Shown: piece after piece, positions 59,701-64,000 of the stretch
How the letters are laid out: every line of letters begins with the position of its first letter
Numbering within the stretch: position 1 is the first letter of the stretch
NCBI GenBank assembly: GCA_040954595.2
Contig: CM082577.2
Coordinates: forward strand, 4,092,305 to 4,156,304
Direction of reading: 5' to 3'
DNA: 64,000 nucleotides
From: Balanoglossus misakiensis
Lineage: Eukaryota; Animalia; Hemichordata
Position numbers and translations under genes: made by a program
The notes under the pieces: generated by a model
Database searches by the model: none
What the model saw: only the letters and a program-made list of their open reading frames with translations
What the model was told of the DNA's origin: nothing

Positions 59701-62700
59701 GTCGGGACAAAAGAAGGTAGTGTCTTGGTTGCCTACCAATACAGGCATCATAACTCTCTAGCCCCCTCCCCCCCAAAAAACATGGAAGAATGGTCACATT
59801 GGGAATGTCCACCAGTGCACGCATCCGTTGTTCATCCATCTGCCACCCATTAACACCCATCAACCTGTCTACTTCTCATATCCATCTGCCATCCATATGC
59901 ACACAGCCCATCTACCACCCATATCCATCTGCCATCCATACGCACACAACCCGTCTACCACCCATATCCATCTGCCATCCATATGCAACACAACCCATCT
60001 ACCACCCATATCCATCTGCCATCCATATGCACACAGCCCATCTACCACCCATATCCATCTGCCATCCATACGCACACAACCCATCTACCGCCCATATCCA
60101 TCTGCCATCCATACGCACACAACCCATCTACCGCCCATATCCATCTGTCACTCTATACGCACACAACCTGTCTACCACCCATATCCCACTCATATGCACC
60201 TTACACCCATCAAACTGTCACCTTCACATACCCCATATTTTGTCTGCCAAGTGCAGTTTTCAATTCACACACCAACCTTTCCACCATCAAGTCATTTATT
60301 TCAATTCATTTTCACAATCCATGCATCACTTGTTTTTATACCTATTTTTTTTCAAATCATTTTCATTCCATTCATTTTCATGCTCATATTATGTGCACTT
60401 TTGCAGCATTTCATTTTATTTTTGAAGGAATATAGCTTATAATGATAAAGGCACATTTGTACGCATTACATTTTTTTGCATATCATTGCTGGTTTAGTTC
60501 AGTGTCACTCACCTGTTGCATATTTAAGCTAAAGCTAAATTTGCAACATTGCTACCCACTTGCACATTTTGCTTTGCAATAAGGTTTAATTTTGTTATTT
60601 TGCAGCACATACAAGTTGCACTTACCACGCTTTGCTTTTTTACATTATGGTCATATGCTGTCAGTGTATTGCTCCATGAAGCTCTGTTCGAATCTTCGTC
60701 ATACACATTGTTCTGAATTTGGTTTGTAAACTCTGGTGAGACAAGGAAATTACATCTGTCACAAGGGAAAAAATTAAAAAAATATCTTTAAAAAAACGAC
60801 AGTCATGACACATTTGTGATCAGATCTTCACTCACGCTTTTAAATTTTGCCATTGTGGTGATAATCTATATTAAAATGTGATTGAACAATGTAATCTGAA
60901 TGACACAGCTGATTGGACAATACTAGGTGGTAATGGAAACTGCTGATAGATTTAAATTCTCTTGCTGTTCTTCTCTCCCGATGCGGGTCACCCTCTTGCA
61001 AATCTCATCTGTTCCCTTCCTCCCCCCTTCCTTCCTTCCCTTTCACACCATCTTAGTATCTTCATTCAATTTTCTTAAAAGAGGGTGAGAGAGACTCTAT
61101 GATGTTCTGTCTTATTGGTTGGCATGTGTACACTTGTGTATTTCAACCGTGCTGTTTCAAACTCCATATTCCGCCGGAACGTTTTGTTCCTTGCAAAGAG
61201 TTGGAGCTTGAGACAGTATGAAAGCCTTCACTAGCACCTCCTGGTGCTCGGATGATGTTAGTAATTGCTATAGCTGACTGCCAAACATTGAGTTGAAAAA
61301 AGAGCATGATTTTTAACTTTGCCAAACTACAAAGAAGAATAAAAAAATAGCATGCATAGTGTGCATGTGCGTGTGTGTAGATGTGAGACTAACTGCTTGC
61401 GTAACTGAGTACAACGTGTGGATTAACTCTTAACTAAATTACTTGAGTATGGTTTTGAGAGAGACTGCTGACAGTAGATTGCTTGCGCTGTGCTATGTAG
61501 TTGCTAACATCGACGAGTTGACTGCTTTGTGACCGGATGGGCCAGCATGCCGGCAAGGTATTCGGATGACCATCGTTACATAGGCATGGAGTGTGCTCCC
61601 CATCAGAAAAGAAAACAAAAACCCAAAGGAAACCTAAGGAGTGATGATAACCCAACTACAGTGTGTGACGCCCCCTGCTGACCAAAGTGTGGAATAACAT
61701 ACATAACAAAGTTGAGGTGTGGTACCCCCTGAGCGACTCAACCAGTCAAGAAGGGGAGGCCTCGACACTGAACTTTTCTTCAACCGATGCATGATGTGTG
61801 GAACTGGCTCATTTCTGATCAACAAACAAGACTACATGTAGAAGTTCCTACTGATATCTGCATGGAGTGTGTATCCCGCCTGGACCTGTCCTTTCCGCAA
61901 ATGGAGACAACTTCCGTGGAAAGCTTTTTTTTTCTCTAGGAAACTGTCCATATATGGTGGTACTCTTTGTTTCTCTGGTGTGGTGTGGTGTTGTGTGGAT
62001 AACCAACTAAGACAAGAAAATAACAATATATGGCAATGTCAGGGTAGAGACAAATTGAGACCAAGAAGCTAGGAAATGCTTCAGTATTTTTACCTGTTTT
62101 GTTGAATCACATCATCCAAGTTCCAACTGGGAAGAATTTCTGTATTCTTTTCCTAATGATCTTGCATGTAACTTCAAGTGTCCACTTCTTCTTTAGTGGG
62201 GGTAATAGAATATCCTGTCCGTAAGTGGGGAATTAACAACTTTCTTTCAGGCGAATTTGAAATAATTTGAGTATTGCCGTAATGAATTTGTGCTCCATGG
62301 TTTTTGTATTCTTCATATGTTTTTCTCTGTATATCTGTTTTCGTTCTGTCTTTTCCTTCCACCTTTGCTGCTGACATTGCGGAATCTCACAGGCCAACCT
62401 GGAAGATCAGGTTATCCAAGCCAACCCTCCACTGGAAGCCTTTGGTAACGCCAAGACAATCAGAAACGACAACTCTTCTCGTTTTGTAAGTAGATCTCTT
62501 TTATACAAGTGCTAAAATTTCCCAAAGACCATTTCAGATAATGTGGTTGTGCTGTGCAACCTACCTTGTCAAGGCACCTTGATTGCAGCACTGTCTTGGA
62601 AGGTTTGTTCTGATATCTGATATAAGTGACCAGCATTCACATATGTATTGTACACCTGTCTGTAAACCAAGTTGACAGAAAAATTATGTTAGCTTGTTAC

Positions 62701-63543
62701 AGGTTAGCTGATTGGCTAATCATTGAGTGTTTTGTTGTTTGAAAGAGAAAACACTTCAGAAATGAACAATTCTTTTTCTTTCTGTTTCCACAGGGTAAAT
62801 TTATCCGTATTCACTTCGGTGCAAATGGTAAATTGGCCTGTGCTGATATTGAAACATGTAAGTAGAATTTGGTTGAATGCATCAAGATCAAAGTTTTCAT
62901 TGACAGCAATCACAATATAAAGTGATTAATAATTGAAAAGTGTGTGCAAAAGTGGAGTGTTGTTATGTAGTGTACGCTGTTACCCTCATAGCCAGTTAAT
63001 ATGTGTGCAATATTCATGCACATTTAATTTGCGTCATCTTCCCTTTTCTCGTTTCCGCTTGACTTCAAGACCTGCTTGAGAAATCTCGTGTGATCTTCCA
63101 ACAAGAACGTGAAAGATGTTACCATGTCTACTACCAGTTGATGTCTGGAGAGATTGAAGGGTTGAAGGAAGAGATGTTGGTCACCGGCTCCATCAAAGAC
63201 TACCACTACGTCGCCATGGGTGTCACTCACAATGACAGTATGGATGACGCAGAGGAAATGAGGACAACCGACGTAAGTGTCATTCTCTGGGTTTTTGTGG
63301 TTTTAGCTGGATAAACTCAGTTTATCTTTGGTTCTGCCCTGTTGAGAATGGCGCTTACTTAGCCCGGCTAACCCCACTTCTATGTCATCATCTCTCGACT
63401 GCAGAATGCCTTGACTGTATTGGGCTTCAGTGAAGAACAGAAAAGGGGCATGTACAAGATTTGTGGTGGTATCATGCACTTTGGTAATGTCAAGTGGAAG
63501 CAGAGGCCTCGTGAGGAACAGGCTGAAATTGAAGACACTGAAG
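44716..63543 (+). CDS. Myosin II heavy chain, striated-muscle type (N-terminal SH3-like domain and first part of motor domain); continues beyond the right edge
   Basis: Exons 44716-44895, 45504-45647 ([30 protein letters not shown]), 54884-55040 ([19 protein letters not shown]...[13 protein letters not shown]), 57245-57272 (28 nt, ENQSMLIT), 59605-59716 (P-loop [17 protein letters not shown]), 62393-62485 ([29 protein letters not shown], switch I), 62794-62857, 63070-63272, 63405-63543 ([10 protein letters not shown]). LEDQ..QANP and [10 protein letters not shown] favour the striated class. No one-to-one vertebrate symbol assigned. Confidence 0.96.
52060..52857. mobile_element. PIF/Harbinger-type MITE in the 9-kb myosin intron
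   Basis: TTA duplication at 52060-52062 and 52855-52857. Perfect TIR GGCTGCATTCACAAACACCTCTGGAGGGGGGGG. Subterminal GGGGGGGATTTGAAA-like repeats and two internal copies of GGGAGGGGGACACCCCCTCCC. Confidence 0.88.
59877..60200. repeat. 43-bp minisatellite, about 7 copies, in a myosin intron
   Basis: Unit CATATCCATCTGCCATCCATA(T/C)GCACACA(G/A)CCCATCTACC(A/G)CC; starts at 59877 and 59920 give the period. Confidence 0.92.
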
Positions 63544-63585
63544 GTATAGCTATCTCCACATTCAGTGTTCCTGCAGAAGGCTTAT

Positions 63586-63679
63586 TTAACCCTTTCACCC
63601 CCAGTTCCCGCTATAGAGGTCCAACCTTACCATTGAAAACAACAGGTTTGGACCCAAACCATGGTGGTGAAGGGGTTAA
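63586..63679. mobile_element. About 90-bp TTAA MITE (piggyBac-like termini)
   Basis: TTAA-CCCTTTCACC...GGTGAAGGGG-TTAA, with an internal GGTCCAA/TTGGACC inverted pair. Confidence 0.8.
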
Positions 63680-64000
63680 ATGCTAGTTGTGCATGTCTCG
63701 GTTCTTGCAGTAAATGACACTATTTTGACTTCGTGGGGATTTTAATATAGTTGTGTACTCTTGCAATGGGCAGTTGAATAAACGGATGTGGCACCCGTTT
63801 ATTATTCAACTTGTACATATGCACATCCACAATCAGATGTTGATAATATTTTTACATGTGTGCCCACCGGTTAGCTTACTAATATAGACCATTATAAGTT
63901 CGAAAGTATAATCATGAAAATAAGTCAAACATTCACAGCTATTGGGGCTTTAATCAATCAAAGAATTGAAAAGTTTGGAGGACTATCCTTTTTCTGAATA

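Noticed and set aside
59790-60442. 150-211 aa His/Pro-rich ORFs in all three plus frames
   Set aside because: Translation of the 43-bp minisatellite inside a myosin intron.

Overview
Animal genomic DNA (AT-rich, spliceosomal introns, CpG-depleted gene bodies with CpG-rich promoter zones). The species cannot be assigned from the window; an invertebrate deuterostome is my inference. Four intron-rich genes were reconstructed by hand with consistent splice phases: U2AF2 (minus strand, first six coding exons, runs off the left edge), complete XPO6/exportin-6 (plus, 25 coding exons, head-to-head with U2AF2), a MEI1 homolog (minus, about 30 coding exons, tail-to-tail with XPO6, one GC-AG intron, one 13-kb intron) and a striated-type myosin II heavy chain (plus, first nine coding exons, runs off the right edge). 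Introns carry several non-autonomous DNA transposons (TTAA, TTA and TA target sites) and tandem repeats. The most interesting unexplained signals are candidate cryptic exons in U2AF2 (a 13-nt and a 62-nt stop-containing exon and an in-frame 9-nt microexon), which suggest a splicing/NMD feedback circuit, and a candidate 12-nt microexon in myosin loop 1. All are predictions from splice-site motifs; no searches or expression data were available.
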